Assembly (NCBI RefSeq): GCF_001194135.2
Contig: NC_068988.1
Location: forward strand, 62,527,534-62,576,713
Origin: Octopus bimaculoides
Lineage: Eukaryota
Length of the DNA stretch: 49,180 nucleotides
Reading direction: 5' to 3'
A program made the translations under genes and the position numbers. Shown in pieces: positions 25,990-39,997 of the stretch. The notes under the pieces were generated by a model, which was not told the DNA's origin, searched no databases, and saw nothing but the letters and a program-made list of their open reading frames with translations. Position 1 is the first letter of the stretch. Each line of letters begins with the position of its first letter.

Positions 25990-26330
25990 CATGAGAGTCA
26001 TTTCCCGGGAATCATATAATAATGCGAGTAGGTTAGCACTCTGTCGGTTATGGCGACGAGGGTTCCGGTAGATCCGATCAACGGAATAGCCTAGAAGAGA
26101 AATTAACGCGCAAGTGCCTGAGCATTCCCCAGTCAAGCGATTGTGACACAGAATGTGACAAGGTTGGACCTTTGTAATAGAGGCAGTACTCATTTCTGCC
26201 AGCTGAGTGGACAGGAGCAGTCGTGAAATGAAGTGTTTTACTTAAGGACACAATGCGTCCCAGGGAACCGAACTCACGACTTTAAAATCATGAGGCGAAT
26301 ATCCTAACCGGCAAGCTACGAGCTTTCACT
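25990..26330 (-). mobile_element. tRNA-derived SINE, family C
   Basis: Homologous to 13400-13700; tRNA-like head (B-box GAGTTCGGTTCC on the minus strand) at the right end. Confidence 0.8.
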
Positions 26331-26652
26331 CTGAGTAGATTATCGTCCATAATTCAAGTAAGAGTGCTGTATTGTGGTTTAAATTGTAAAACGGTTAATG
26401 CGTATCATAAACTTTAAGTGATCATCATAATGTAATCTTTGTCAAATGTTTCTGTTATGAAACATAAATTGTAGAATAATTGGTGAGTTGTAATGGCACT
26501 GACAAACTAATAATGATCAACAAAAGGAATTTTACATTGTCTTATGGAAAACCCTGTGTCATATATACGAAAAGAAAGCATATACAATCTCAAAATAAAG
26601 TATTAAAAAAAATCGAAAACCATCAACTATTTTACAGCAGGGAGATAACCAC

Positions 26653-27019
26653 TTACTCATAGTAGCCGCCTTCAGCTTTCACTATGGCCTCATGTCGGTT
26701 CCGCAACCTGGCGTATGCATTCGCCACAGTGTCTCTTGAAATATCTTCGATCACCTCCTTGATCTTCGCCAGCATCTTGTTCTTGGAGCAACAGTAGAGC
26801 GGTCAGCACGTAATAATCTAAGAGATTACAATCGGGAAATTTAGGTCAGAAATTGAGGGTCACGATATCATTGGAATTATCTAACAACCACCTCTGACTC
26901 TTTCCGGAGCCGACTCCTGCTGCCATTCATATAACCTTCTAGCAGCAATTCTCTCTAGCCAGGTTGTGACCAGAGTCTTCAATCGCATCACATAGACTTC
27001 TGAATTGGATGTTTTGCCC
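26653..27019 (-). pseudogene. Tc1/mariner-superfamily transposase relic, maT (DD37D)-like catalytic C-terminal half
   Basis: Frameshifted translation: GKTSNSEVYVMRLKTLVTTWLERIAARRLYEWQQESAP / GKSQRWLLDNSNDIVTLNF*PKFPDCNLLDYYV / CSKNKMLAKIKEVIEDISRDTVANAYARLRNRHEAIVKAEGGYYE*. This matches the QQDSAP...WPPNSPDxNPLDY...GGYFE pattern. Confidence 0.85.
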
Positions 27020-27108
27020 TATTCATTAACGTGTATTCTATAATAATAAACTAAATAATGTTACCCTCAATACACTTTCAGTTTTCATGGTACGTGAGAG
27101 GATTACAA

Positions 27109-27344
27109 GTAAGTTCACCGCCACCAATTCACTGGAAGTTCACCGCCATCCATTCATTATGAAGGAAGTTCACCGTGAAAAAAATTGACCATCAATAAAG
27201 TTTACCGTGAGGAAAGCTCACCGAGAGAAAAGTCTACCGAGAAATTATAATCATACTATCGCACTATTAATAGTTACATCCTATTTTATTGAAAAAAAAA
27301 ACGATGGTGCTTTCCCTGCGGTAAAGTGATGACGGGGAACTTAC
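27109..27344. mobile_element. MITE with 26-bp TIRs and subterminal AAGTTCACCG repeats (Mutator/fold-back-like)
   Basis: 27109-27134 vs the reverse complement of 27319-27344 match 20/26. At least six AAGTTCACCG-like units lie on the left, with inverted units on the right. No TSD resolved. Confidence 0.65.
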
Positions 27345-28609
27345 CGGACATGATGTGGAACCTAACTTGGTCAATAGAAAAGCCTTCTGTTTTTCTGTGT
27401 CGTGCATGTGGTCGTGGCAGAATTTCTTTCCATCTGAGAATAACCACCTCATCTAATTTAATAAGGAGCCTTGGCTTATTCTTGAGGTCCTTTGACTTCT
27501 TCAAGTGTTTTTTTTTTCCTTGGTCTTGCCTGTCACAATTCGTTCCTTACACCTTTTGTACGAGCGGTAGCTTCATTGTAGTAAACACGTAAACACGTAC
27601 AAACAGAATACGTGTGATTGGAAGATTTACGAATACAGTATTATCTGAAATAATTAAACATTGTGATATTGGTTACGCATCTCTAACGCCAGTCAGATTC
27701 CTTTGCTCGAGAGTTCCATTACATCCCCATCGAGTTGCATCCTTTCCTGGTGGCCATGGTTTTATAGTTTCCGAAGCAGTTGCCCATGTCACATCTTATA
27801 GCGTTTACATCGTTCACAGAGCATAAGCAGCAATCGTGTTGTCGGTATTTTGTGATGTGGTGCGAATTGTCATCATAGAAGTAACTTTTTCCAATATTTT
27901 CACGGCTTTTATCCATCCGTGTCATCTCACTTTTCTCAACAACCCATTTACGTTTAAACTCTGCGAAACCATTGACTCTTCACCAACGCATCAAGTTGTT
28001 ACTTAAAAAGGGAGTCATAGCAAATCTTTAAAATTTTGCCAGAACACATGTGAGTATTGGGATCGATTTGAATAAATCTTGAATAAACCTTCAAGCATGA
28101 TGCCCAAACATTACCGTAGCCAGTGTTCAGTAGCATTCTTCTTGTGCGGAACACTTATATAATTTTCAAAATTCGGTGGCACACCTAAACTAAAAACATA
28201 ACATCGATTATAGGGAAAACAAATTCACACCTGGTATCATGTCATGGCACTCCAGTGCCCTGAAGTATACTGGTTGCGGAGCGCTGCCATAGACCAATGA
28301 CTGAAACATGCAAAAGAGGATGTAAAATTATAACATATATTCAGTGGTGGACATCGTAATTATAATAACTATTAACAAGCTATAATGCTAAATTAAGGAA
28401 CAAAAATGTATCGCTTTAAACATTTGCAGTTTACCTCACACCACAAGCAACTTGTTTTATTTTAACAATTTCAGTCACTTTTCCCTGATTCGATTAAAAG
28501 TAATATTTTTCTAAATTTCATTTTCAATTTTTACATATATTTGTTTTGCTATTTTATTGGTTATAGCTCAAAACATGTTTTACAATAAAATATATTCTAG
28601 TTTTGCGCT

Positions 28610-28632
28610 TCTAAGACACGATGTATTTCATG

Positions 28633-28663
<31 letters not shown>

Positions 28664-29280
28664 GTGCGTGTGTGTGTGCATGTGTGTATGTTAATGCATA
28701 CATAAGGATGTATCACATTCATGTATATACAAATAAATGTATAAAATATATTCATATACGGCTTATATATATATAATAAATATGTGAGCGTGTGTGTGTG
28801 CACGGAATTTAATTTCTATATACATATGAGCGTAAACACATAAAAATATAAATATGTATGTATTGGTGTATATTACGTGATCGTAAAGCAAGCGCAATCT
28901 CGAAATATTTATACAAACACACTTAAACATACAGATTTACGAATACATTATTATTTGAAATAAGTAAACAAACATTGTGATATTGGTTACAGAATTAAAT
29001 ATATTTTCAATATTACGTCTCAAATATATTCTTTGTTGATTTTGATATTCGATTTAGTTAAAATATAATCTATTGCGATTGAAATCAATTTTTACAACAT
29101 ATCATACTATCTGTTTGTATATAAATATATATGTCAATTTTGCAACAAATATAACCTCTTATACTTCAAGTTATTTTAACCGCCTTTTATATATATATAT
29201 GCGCGTGTGTGCTTGTGTGTAGCTAAAGATATATATGTGTATCTGTATATATATCTACATACACACACACACACACACTC

Positions 29281-29337
<57 letters not shown>

Positions 29338-29380
29338 TGTGTGTGTGTGTCTGTGTGTGTGTGTGAGTATATCCATATTC
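28610..29380. repeat. (TA)n/(CA)n/(TG)n microsatellite-rich tract
   Basis: Direct reading. Confidence 0.85.
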
Positions 29381-29782
29381 ATAACGTTTATGGAAGCCAG
29401 ATAATCTATTGTTCTTTATGACTCTTGGCTTAAAATTCGAAAATAGATTGTGAAATGGTAGTTGATAATCATACTGCCATTAAAAGACGCGTAGTTGCCA
29501 ACTACCTCGACATTTACCAAACTTTCTACATGAAACTACGTTATCTTTAAAAGAGAAAAACATTCAGAACATCGTAATTTCCCAAATGTTTTCAGAACGA
29601 AGAAAGAAATAAATGGAAGAATTTTGCATCAAGACTATTAGCTACACAGGAAATTAAAAGCCTACAATTTTATATTCTAGCCCATGCATTATATTACGTT
29701 ACGGTAAGTTATAGAAATACTCACTCATACACACACTCTCTCTCACTCACACGCATACACACACATACATATATCTGTGTAC

Positions 29783-29828
<46 letters not shown>

Positions 29829-30227
29829 GACAATTTACAATCCGGTCTTAAAGGAAATCAAAATTGTCTAGATATTTCGGAATGCAAACCATAATTGCTA
29901 CAATTACGCATTGCATAGGGGTTATTTTCTTTGTTGTCAACGCTTAAAATTTCTCTAGAGTTGGCTGGAAGGAAACTGGAGGAACAAAACAAATAGTAAA
30001 ATCGCTCATTATTTGCTGAAAGACAGGAATAGGACAATATGAAATCCATTTGCAAGACGAGAAATTGAAAAACAAATGTGTGTGCTCATGAAAGAACTCA
30101 AATTTCGATAGATATTTTGAATTGATTTGCATTTTGGAAATAGAAGCTTTGTGTATTTGCTTAGTTTCTCGTATTCAGATCGATGTGAATATAAATTTAT
30201 AACAATGAGAAATTGAATAATATAAGT

Positions 30228-30262
30228 CGAGATGATGATGATGATGATAATGGTGATGATGG

Positions 30263-30307
<45 letters not shown>

Positions 30308-30315
30308 GGATGATG

Positions 30316-30347
<32 letters not shown>

Positions 30348-30400
30348 GATGAAATAATAATAACAATGATAATAATGACCATGATAATAATGATGTTGAC
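30228..30400. repeat. Compound (GAT)n/(GGT)/(AAT) trinucleotide array
   Basis: Source of the poly-D, poly-H and poly-S ORFs in three frames. Confidence 0.95.
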
Positions 30401-33400
30401 ATAAATGTTTATATCACATAATACATAATGGTAAGAATAATATCAATAATAAATAAACAATAAACGTAAAGTGGAAGATGAACAGAATAATATGTTTGTG
30501 CTTGTTTATCTTATCACATACCCGCTTATATGTCAGTGTGTGTATGTGAGATAAGTAAGTATACATACGTGCACACACACACGCATATATATATATATAT
30601 GCATATATATGCATATACATATAAATCAAAATTTATATGTGCACATATACCCATATATATATATATANNNNNNNNNNNNNNNNNNNNNNNNNNNNNNNNN
30701 NNNNNNNNNNNNNNNNNNNNNNNNNNNNNNNNNNNNNNNNNNNNNNNNNNNNNNNNATATACACATAAATGTGTGTGTAGGTGCATGTATGTATTAATCC
30801 AAATACATAATATATACTTCAATTTAAAGGAGATTCTGTAATTATCAAAACATACTACTGCCGTGTGAAGAAGGGAAGATATGCATCGATATATATATTT
30901 AGGAGTTTCTCGCAGTGCATGCACACATATGTATACATTACTTTATATGCATGCTTCGACATATCCTCCAAAAGAATTACTGTGTGTACGCGAGCGTGCG
31001 TATATTGATCTATGTGTGTATGTATATATCTATATTTATGTTTGTGATCCAATCCCTGAAATTCTTGATGGACTTGTAACACCTGACAGTCCATTGTGAA
31101 ACAAAACGATTTTGGGTGCTTTTGATTTCTGTTTGACATCATAACTCACCAGATTTTGAAATAGTTACATTCTTGTAAAATTGAAAGACCCACAGACAGT
31201 GAGAGAAGTGAGGAATCAATCAAAATATAGAATTGTTTTATATGTATATATATATTTAAAATTATTGTAACCCGAGTAACACCTGTGGGACCATAAAGAA
31301 TGAAGACCAAAGCTAATATGGGTGTAATTTGAACAATGTGCACAAAGAACAGGAAGTTTACTGCAAAGCAGTCTATCTAAACTTGGTCTCCTTGATGTTG
31401 TACATCGTCTCTACTTTGTGAATATTAGTTCATATAATGATTTATTATTCAGGTATCTTTTGCTCTATTTTGTAATAATTTTCAGTTTAGTAGACCTTTC
31501 GGAAGAAATATCTGGTATATATTCCGGGTCTTTATTTATTAAGTTCAAGTCCTATTGGTATCAATGTTGATTTTCGATTCCTCAGGATCCAAATTATACA
31601 ATGAATATTGTTTACCCTGAGGTGCTTCAGGATTGACAGATATGTTCAGTTCGAAATGCTGTTATCATTACAATCTGGTTATATTTTGCTAAAGCATAAA
31701 TATTTAAAAATAATTATGAGAAAAAATATATCTTCATAAGTATTGTTTACTAATTAGCGTTAACCCGAGTAACACCAGATAATCCTCCTAATTCATTTGT
31801 GTTACGACTAAACATAAAGAAAATACATTCATTTGATCTTTGTCATGCAAATGCTGGCAACAATATGATTACAAGTTGAATAAATGCATACGTACACTAT
31901 ATCATTTTACTTGAAATAGAGTGATTATATTTTGTCCCGTTTAAGTTGGTCTATACTGTGTTGTTAACATATCAGCTTTGATTTTACAAAGCTAATGAAC
32001 ATGTACTGTACACATATTGTGGTTTAATTTGACGCTCATAGTTCAAAGTACATCAACACTAGTTTTGGTTTTCAGTTTTCATCCTTTAAGGGCCCACAGT
32101 TAAATTAACAACTTGGAAGAAAAAACATATTTCGGCTGCTTTCAAATTTCTAAAAGATTGATCTTCGAGGCACAGTTTCTTCAAATCTGCCGAGCAACTG
32201 GTAAAGAAGCGAACAAATTGAAGTGTAAAGCCTGTTAGTGGAAGCTATCAGTGTGTATTAGGGAAATTATGGAATAATTTATATCACGGAGAGAAACAAA
32301 AGAATAGCGGTAGGTAGAATAGGAAGCTGGATGATGTATGTTAACCAGCGTCGGACAGATACACAATTATGCAGACACAAAATGCAAGAGAATGATGCTA
32401 AAAACGATATTGGGTTGAAGCTAGGTCCGAGACACCATAATAAAATAAAATGAGTATTGAAGTCGATATTACTCAAGGCTCCTAATTAAAAAAAAAAGAT
32501 CTATTTTTGATTTTAAGGCTGCCTTTGAAACATGAGGCAAGGAAACTACATAAAATGGTAGGAAGAGTGCTGAAAGGAGTAGAAGTGGGGGCCAACAAGT
32601 ATCAGAAGATGGGGATATTATTATGAGCATATTCGAGACTATAGTTATGAACAGTAATATTTAAAGTAATATGTTTAGTAATGTTTGCTATGTCGTAGAT
32701 TAACTTCAGAGTGAAAAAAATCCTTCCTTGCTTAGAACAACAATTTGCTTTTCTGTATATGGAAGACACAAATATTATACCTCTCCATATGGTCACGGCA
32801 GTGATTTTGAGCATGCAATGGAGTCACATTTTGTGCAGAAGCTTCAAAACGTCACAATAAAATAACACAGTTCAATGTATTTATAAAGCTATATCATATT
32901 CTCGTTCTTAACGTTAATGGTCGTTTAAAATACATTAGTTCCGCAGGATTCAAATTACGGTTTTCTCTATTGAATTCTGAATGTTATTCGTGTCCAAAAA
33001 CTGTTATTATGAGAAAACATAAAATTCATTGCATTCGATTTTTTTTTGTGGGGAATGGATCTATATTTGTAATACAATCTGTTTTTTCTTGTTCCGATTT
33101 GATTGGTTTGTTATGTTGTTACTTTTATAAGTTCAATGTCCTTCGTGTCTATGTGATAGAAATATATTTATGAAAATAATTGTTTACGCTAATATATTTG
33201 AAGACATAAGAATAACGTTCTCTTATTTAATTCGAATATTTCTTTTCATATCATATTTAGACGATGATGTAAACCATTAACTTGATATGATGGATGACAA
33301 TTATATTAAAACGCATTAAATCGCTATTTAATCTTTGTCTAACAGAAAACTTCAACTTTAAGTCTACAAAATAGAAAAAAAGTACATGGCGTTGTTCATG

Positions 33401-34029
33401 ATGTATAAACGTATGTGGCAAAGCAAGTCAGCTAAACAGAATTTCAATAAAGTTGGCTTATCGCCACGTCATACCATCTGACACATAGCAGAAAAAAGAT
33501 TTATTTATTTTTTAATGGTGTACTAAATACCGTTCTTTCGGATATGTTGGTGAGAGCGGGACTGTTTGCTACGACTCTCTGAAGAGATCACTCTGAACCA
33601 TTGTTTTTAATGCTATAACTCATATAAGCATTTGCCATACAGTCAAAGAACATCTAGATGCCTTTGCAAACCTTTGTTTTTCCTAAGGTTAATCTCTCCT
33701 TTCGGCAACACATTTTATAGTTTATATTTTTTCAACTTATCAAAACTGATTTTCTTCTATTTTCTTTTTTACTACTCTTTTCCGTGAGAAAATATTATTC
33801 AATATTTCTAAATATGCCTTTGTAACATAGTCTATATTTTCTATAGACTATTTTCTATAACATAGTCTATATTCAACGTCCATCAAAAAAAATAATGAAT
33901 TAATAATTTATCGCGTTATTTCACTGAGCAACAGAGTGCGGGCATTTTCCCCTTGGGAAGGTGGAGTTCTTTTAGCTTTAATATTCTAATTTTCCTCATG
34001 AGTACCCTATGCAATATCGGTTTTCAATC

Positions 34030-34231
34030 TTGGCACAAGGCCGTCAAGTTCGGAATAGAAGGGTTGTCGATCATATTGACACTAGTGCTCGACAGTTACT
34101 TATTTTATTGACACCGAGTCGATGAAAGGTAATGTCAACCTCGGAGGAATTTGAAGACTTGAACTTAAAGACGAACGAAATGACGCCAAGCATTTTTTCC
34201 GGCATGCTAACGATTCTTCCGACTCGCCGCC
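34030..34231 (-). mobile_element. tRNA-derived SINE, family A (diverged)
   Basis: GATGAAAGGTAATGTCAACCTCGG...GACTCGCCGCC is the reverse complement of family A. Confidence 0.85.
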
Positions 34232-35756
34232 TTAGTAAACTATCTAATATAAATATCCTATTTGAATTGTGATATGTGTTTTATATTGGACAGAGTGTTG
34301 CTAATCAATTTGACTTCAAGTACTTTGACCATGGCCCAGGCATGGCATCTATTGTTATAGGGGTCATCTCCGCTTCCGTTCCCACATACGGACGGTCCCT
34401 ACTGTTCGATCATATTTGAATCTAACATCCATTATTTTGAAGATGAATTATGGCCTATTCCGAAGAGGAACATAGTTAATTGGGACGTACGGTTCAAATT
34501 TTACAAGCCTATCAGACTAGTAACCTTTATCCTGTTGCTTTCATGGCTTGACATACCACAGATTATATTACATTTATCATTCTCAGCTCTTCGAAATTTA
34601 CTGGACTATGCTTATCCCACCTTTACTTTATTTTTATGTCATGTTCTGACATACTACCCACGTTATCAAAGTTCCAACTTTATCATGCCTCGCAGCATAT
34701 TCTTTTTTTTCATTAAAAAAGACAGCAAGTGACAATGTGATTACCACCTTCATCTTTCTTTCACATAGTTTGGAATTATTTCATTTTTTTTTCTCTCCTT
34801 GCATGCTTTTGGTAATTTCAGGAGTGAAGCTTTGAACATGTAACCGAATCTAGGACGTTTTCGATTTAACTTTGGTAAGATTTTTTTAAATCGGTGTTTC
34901 AGTTTTGACATGCGAAGTTTTTTCACTTTAATCTGATGTTATTCAATCCATATTAACAGATCTTCGCGAGGGCTCATGCAGCGTTTCTGCTAATGTAGAC
35001 ATTATTCTGATATGATTACGTAGTGCATTTCTTCCACGTTACACTGGAGGCAAGTATTCATCGTAGATTTTGGCTATTGTTACACTTTCTATTGAAGTTA
35101 CAACCCCTCTTGCCTCGTTAATCTCTCTTCAGTTGATCGCTCTTGTGTGTTTTCTGCTTTCTTTTGAAGAAGAAACAAAATGTGTTTTGATTTTGTTTAT
35201 TGCATCATTTGAGTTTTTGATTTTGAAATCTCATTCTTGTTTAACACATAACCTGTAGCATTGTACTTCATACTTAACAATAGCTATCCTGTGGCTTTAT
35301 TTATCTTACTCTTTAGCATCACTGTAAATATAATGATTCTATTTCCGATTGAGGTTCGCCAGGCAACAATTTCCTTTAGTTTTCTCTATAAATTTCTTAT
35401 TGTATTTAGCGTGTCCAGTTAACAGTATTATAGCTACAACAGGCTAGCTATATGTAAAGTATTGATGGTTAGTACCTTATGTTATGCATTTTGTTCTGTT
35501 TAAAGTATTAATCTAATACATACATAATTGTTCTTCTTAATCTTTTCTTTTATTTGTAAACGTTGAACACAGTCTAGTTCATTGATTCCTGATTATTTGT
35601 AATTTCGTCTTTCGTCTAAACCTCTTATCTTGGTTTCTTTATCTATCATAATATTAGTTTTCTTAATTAATTTTCTTATTTTCAACGTTACCTTGGCGTA
35701 CGTTTCTAATCCAAATCGCATTTCAATTCCCCAGGAAAATACTTGCACTGCCTAAA

Positions 35757-35760
35757 TGTC

Positions 35761-35814
<54 letters not shown>

Positions 35815-35990
35815 CATCATCATCGTCGTCGTCGTCATCATCATCATCATCCTAAATAGTATGCAGAATATTATCATTATTCTCATTACTTGTGGTAATA
35901 GTAGTAGTAGTAGTAGCAGCAGCAGTAGAAGTAGTTTTTGTTGTTGTTGCTATTGTAGCAAAGATGGTGGTGATTGTGGGGGTGGGGGTG
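35757..35990. repeat. Compound trinucleotide array (TAT)n-(CAT)-(CGT)-(CAT)...(GTA)-(GCA)-(GTT)-(GGT)
   Basis: Direct reading; runs into gap 35991-36035. Confidence 0.95.
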
Positions 35991-37332
35991 NNNNNNNNNN
36001 NNNNNNNNNNNNNNNNNNNNNNNNNNNNNNNNNNNGGGGGTGCTGGGGGTGGTTGTGTTGGTGGTGGCAGCAGTTGTATTTTATTTTGTCTAATATGGAA
36101 AACACTTTCATGAACAAAAATCAAACGACGGTTATAAACAACAACAAAAAAAGAAGAAACAACAAAAAGGAAAATGGCAATTTTACATTCCATGGTTTTC
36201 ACCAATAAATCTATTGTTTGTTTCTTACAACCTCTTCTATGCATTTCAATTACGTTTTGTAAGATTCTATAGGATTTTTTTTCTTTTTCACATTATTATT
36301 TTACGATTTAGTGCATCTCAAATTTCTTTATTTGTGCAAGTGAAAGTTTGTGGAGAAGCGGTAAAAGAAAAAAAAACCTTAAAGTTGTAGCAGTTATATA
36401 GCGCAGTGGGTAGTGATAACTAGGAACGTATGATTGCATCTCTTTCTTTATATGTGTCTTTATGTCTCATGTTTACTTTCAATTTTCATACTAATAATGT
36501 TTCGCATGCCATCTAATATTGTTTCTTAATAGCCACGTGCTCTTATATAACCGTTAAAAAATATAAAGCATAAATGTAAGGGTTTAGAATATATTGGCAA
36601 TTCAAAGGAAAACGAATAAAGACATTGGATTTAAAAATAGAAGATGGTGAAGATGTGTTTATTTTTTAAGGGAGTTCTTGTTTTCTTTTCGTAATTGTTT
36701 TCGTTTTCCAATTTGAATTCTGTAAAGTATTGATTCTACATTTCTTAGCGACAAAATGAAAACATGTGCAATGCAGCATATTTCAAGGCTCATATAACGA
36801 AAATAAGAGAGAAAATATTCATACTTTCGAGATTCAATCCAATAATGCTCTATCTTTTGTTTTTATCCTTCAGTGTTTTAATTGAAGCCTTTTTATTGTC
36901 TTGCTATAAACAAGAGTTTCAACACGAAAGATTATACGATGAAAACAACAAATGAATAGTGAATGCAATACAATAATTACTGTTTCACATATGTGCATGG
37001 TGCAACAAACTTCCTGAAACAGAAAAATAGTCGATATTAATGACTCGCAAATACCATGTCACATATTCTCTAGACTTCTGCTAGATGAAACTAGAACTCA
37101 ATATAGTTAGAATTTGATCGTAAAGTATAGCAGGAAATAAACATTTTAATACATTACTATTTGAGTATCCTTTCTCTACATCTGTTTCATCAGATACTGC
37201 CTAGATCGCCACATATAAAACTCCAGAAATGTAATAGTAACAACACCACTAACACCAAATACTGAAACAAAAAGTATCAATGCTAACGAAAATATAATAA
37301 AATGCTATTAATATTACCGTTATCATCATTAA

Positions 37333-37540
37333 GACGGTGATCTGGCAGAATCGCTAGCACGCCAAGCAAAATGCTTAGCGGCATTTCACCGTCTTTACGT
37401 TCTGAGTTCATATTCCGCCGATGTCGACCTTGCCTTTCATCCTTTCGCGGTCAATAAAATAAGTACAATTTGAGTTCTCAGGTCGATTTATTCGACTAGT
37501 CCACTCTCCTGAACTTGCTGGCCTTGTGCCAAAATCTAAA
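37333..37540 (+). mobile_element. tRNA-derived SINE, family A
   Basis: GACGGTGATCTGGCAGAATCGCTAG head, GAGTTCATATTCC B-box, TGCCTTTCATCCTTTCGCGGTCAATAAAATAAGTAC centre. Confidence 0.9.
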
Positions 37541-38854
37541 TCCAATATTATTATCTTCATTACTATTATGATAGAATCAATTGAGCACCACCCCAAAATA
37601 TTTTGCTGTCGTGCGCCCAATAGTCCGTTATTGGTTATTTAAGTAGATATGTTTTCAGCCGCTCATCGTCCAGTATGCATTTCATATCCAATTTTGGTGA
37701 GACAGAATAGACATTTTTTCACTGTTTTTCCCCTATTTTCAGAGAAATATTTCAACGTCCTCAACGAATTTTTGTGTATTGTCTTCGAAAATTGGAAAGG
37801 GAGTCTTACAAGCATAATTGTTATAAAACAGGAATTTTTGCATCAAAAGTTGTTTGTAATAAGGTAAAGATTAATTACAGATACAGATGTAATTGACAAT
37901 TGAGTTATGAGAAGGAAGCGTCAGAACAAGTTTTGTGTAATTTGTAACTTCTAAAAACAATTTGGGTTGCACGAATGAGAAGCGAAGCAGATGTACAACG
38001 TATATCATTAATAACTTGAAAACAGTTGTGTAAACTGATAGAAAAAGGCCGCTATAGTAATGTATCAGAGTGGGCTGGGATTTAAACTTTATGAGATGAC
38101 AACGATAAGTTGAGTATGGATTGCATACAGTTCGCCACCGCTCATGAAAAACAATTTGAAACACTACTACAGAAAATACACAGACTTATTTAAACATTGA
38201 CGAGAAAAGAAAAATATACGAAGTAGATTTGGAAATAAGTAATCGAAACTCGCAACACTAATATTAAGCTAACTGAAAAAAAGCAGTCTAACTGTAACAC
38301 TGGTAATTTATGTAGTTATAATTTGCCGTACCAGACGTTAAACGAATTAACTGCACTATAACAAATAGAAAGAAAAATCACTGCAAGACTTTGATCTCAA
38401 ATCTTTACATTATATATTATTTACCTCACTATGTAAATAATGGGTGTCATGAATGTAGAGGCTCATTTGTATAATATCTACTGCAAAAGACGCAAATATA
38501 TTTATAAAGTAACAATGGCAAAATAATACAAAATGTCGTCATGTGTAACAACGTGAGATAAAACACTATCTTGTTTTTTAATGAACGCTGAACAGAGCCT
38601 GCTTTACAAATGAGAAGTTTTCGTATAATTATACACAAGTTTAAACCCCAATACAAACTCACGAAGACATACACATGAGTGTGTGGGTGTGTTTGTTTGA
38701 TAGCGTGTATTTCAAATGTGACTACCAGTGTAAAACCTAGCAGTTGAAGATTTGTGTAACTGCGTCAACCTCATGTAACATAAAGAAAGCGAAAAGTTTA
38801 AAGATAGTCAGACAACGCCGCATAATTTCATTACATTACTAATAGTTTTAAATA

Positions 38855-38909
38855 CTACTACTACTACTACTACTACTACTACAACTACAACTACTTATAA
38901 TAATAATAT

Positions 38910-39000
<91 letters not shown>
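38855..39000. repeat. Compound (CTA)n-(GAT)n-(AAT)n array
   Basis: Direct reading; abuts the SINE 3' end. Confidence 0.95.
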
Positions 39001-39004
<4 letters not shown>

Positions 39005-39207
39005 TCTACCATAAGAACAAGGCTTGGAATTTGGTGGGGTTTTGTAGTGGATTAAATGAAACCCAGTCGCCAAGTTGTACTCATTCTATCGAATCCGATA
39101 GGATGAAAGGCACAGTTGACCTTGGCGGAATTTGAACTCAGAACATGAAGACGAACGAAATACCGCAAAGCATTTCCTCCGTCGTGCAAACGACTCTGCC
39201 AGCGCGC

Positions 39208-39208
<1 letters not shown>
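39001..39208 (-). mobile_element. tRNA-derived SINE, family A
   Basis: GGATGAAAGGCACAGTTGACCTTGGCGGAATTTGAACTCAGAAC etc.; flanked by (AAT)n and (CTA)n arrays. Confidence 0.9.
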
Positions 39209-39253
<45 letters not shown>

Positions 39254-39892
39254 AACTACAATCACAACCACTGTTACTATTACTACTACCACCACCATTG
39301 TTACTACTGCAAACTACTGCAACTAATAATAATATTAATATTAACAAAACTTTTATTTGTTATTGTTATTAAATTTTTAGTTATGATTTCATTATTACCC
39401 GTCAAGATATATTAAGTGCATCTTCTAAGTTTCAGTTGCGTATGAATCATCTTTGCACTCTAATTGGAAACATGCCATATTTACTCTGTTAGGTGTCAAT
39501 TAGTCAGTTGGGGTGTTAATATTTCGCAACTTTATATTAAAGCAAAATTACCACAGTTGCTTTGGGTATTTAGTTAATTAATTAGAGTTGCTGTTAACCA
39601 CAAACTTAATGCCGATAATTTACAATAATAAATGTTTGTTTGCTTTATTCTCTTTTCTTTCATGTCTCAGCTATTTTTAGAAATTAATATTAAAAATTTA
39701 TTTCAGAAATTATAATGCAACTTGCCAATTGGTTTTTAGTAATTAATTTCTTTTTCTCCACGACAATTTGTTATTAAAGTAAGCAATTGTGTAAAATATT
39801 TTACGGTAATGTCTAAAGTCAAACACTACGATGTGAATTTCGTTCGTTTTGCTTTCTCCATATTCATTCCAAAATTTATTTTCTAACATCAG

Positions 39893-39997
39893 TGCAAGAT
39901 CTAAGCCAGCAAATTGACAGAATCATCAGAGCGTTGAGTACAATGCCTCTCGATATTAATTACGATGCTATGCATTCAAAGTTCAAAGGTCACGGAG
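39893..39997 (+). CDS. Putative internal coding exon (xQDLSQQIDRIIRALSTMPLDINYDAMHSKFKGHG), product unknown
   Basis: Acceptor TTTATTTTCTAACATCAG| and donor GGAG|GTCAGT. It is 105 nt, symmetric phase 1-1, with only that frame open. The peptide has an amphipathic-helix pattern. Confidence 0.6.

Noticed and set aside
33823-33873. Direct 16-mer TAACATAGTCTATATT twice with an inverted internal copy
   Set aside because: A small AT-rich slippage or template-switch scar with no functional indication.
25915-37863. Candidate linking exons after strong acceptors (about 25915, 31588, 37191, 37743)
   Set aside because: Each has a weak donor, an in-frame stop or the wrong phase; none could be preferred without transcripts.
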